Shown here: positions 62,700 to 62,769 of the stretch, one piece after another | How positions within the stretch are numbered: the first letter of the stretch is position 1 | Layout: each line of letters starts with the position of its first letter | Source: Opitutaceae bacterium | Lineage (GTDB): Bacteria; Verrucomicrobiota; Verrucomicrobiia; Opitutales; Coraliomargaritaceae | NCBI GenBank assembly: GCA_009886465.1 | Contig: QXZH01000044.1 | Coordinates: 8,316-71,084 of the forward strand | Direction: 5' to 3' | Length of the DNA: 62,769 nucleotides | The notes under the pieces: model-generated | Database searches by the model: none | Told to the model about the DNA's origin: nothing | What the model saw: only the letters and a program-made list of their open reading frames with translations | Translations under genes and position numbers: made by a program

Positions 62700-62769
62700 T
62701 TTGTTTATTGTTGGGATTTAGGAGTAGGTCACGTAATTTAATTTGCATTTGATGCGAATGAACACGTAG

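Overview
Bacterial chromosome segment, most likely from a marine Verrucomicrobiota (Opitutales, Coraliomargarita/Puniceicoccaceae-like). The taxon is inferred from gene content and order and from a Verrucomicrobia-type C-terminal domain on a secreted protease. Most of the window is housekeeping: purD, lepA, holB, nth, trpD, glmM, ybaB-recR, folBK, the rplY-pth-rpsF-ssb-rplI-dnaB-bamA-skp-lpxD-prs-guaA-hisD run, hisCB and three tRNAs. Five accessory elements stand out. (1) An ExbB/TolQ-type proton-channel gene followed by two paralogous proteins, each with an ExbD-like Asp-bearing membrane anchor, a coiled coil and a vWA domain, next to a glycine-zipper/long-helix lipoprotein and a TonB-dependent receptor; this is the best candidate for an uncharacterised system. 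(2) A stand-alone beta-barrel/short OPX/BY-kinase export trio whose kinase has an extra N-terminal Gly-Tyr repeat. (3) An orphan amino-methyltransferase. (4) A candidate ECF-sigma-driven sRNA with heptamer repeats. (5) A lower-GC blue proteorhodopsin-retinal operon (PR, crtE, fused crtI-crtB, crtYcd, blh) abutting tRNA-Thr. No CRISPR array, integrase or transposase was seen. All calls come from motif recognition; no searches were run, and GC values are hand counts on short samples.
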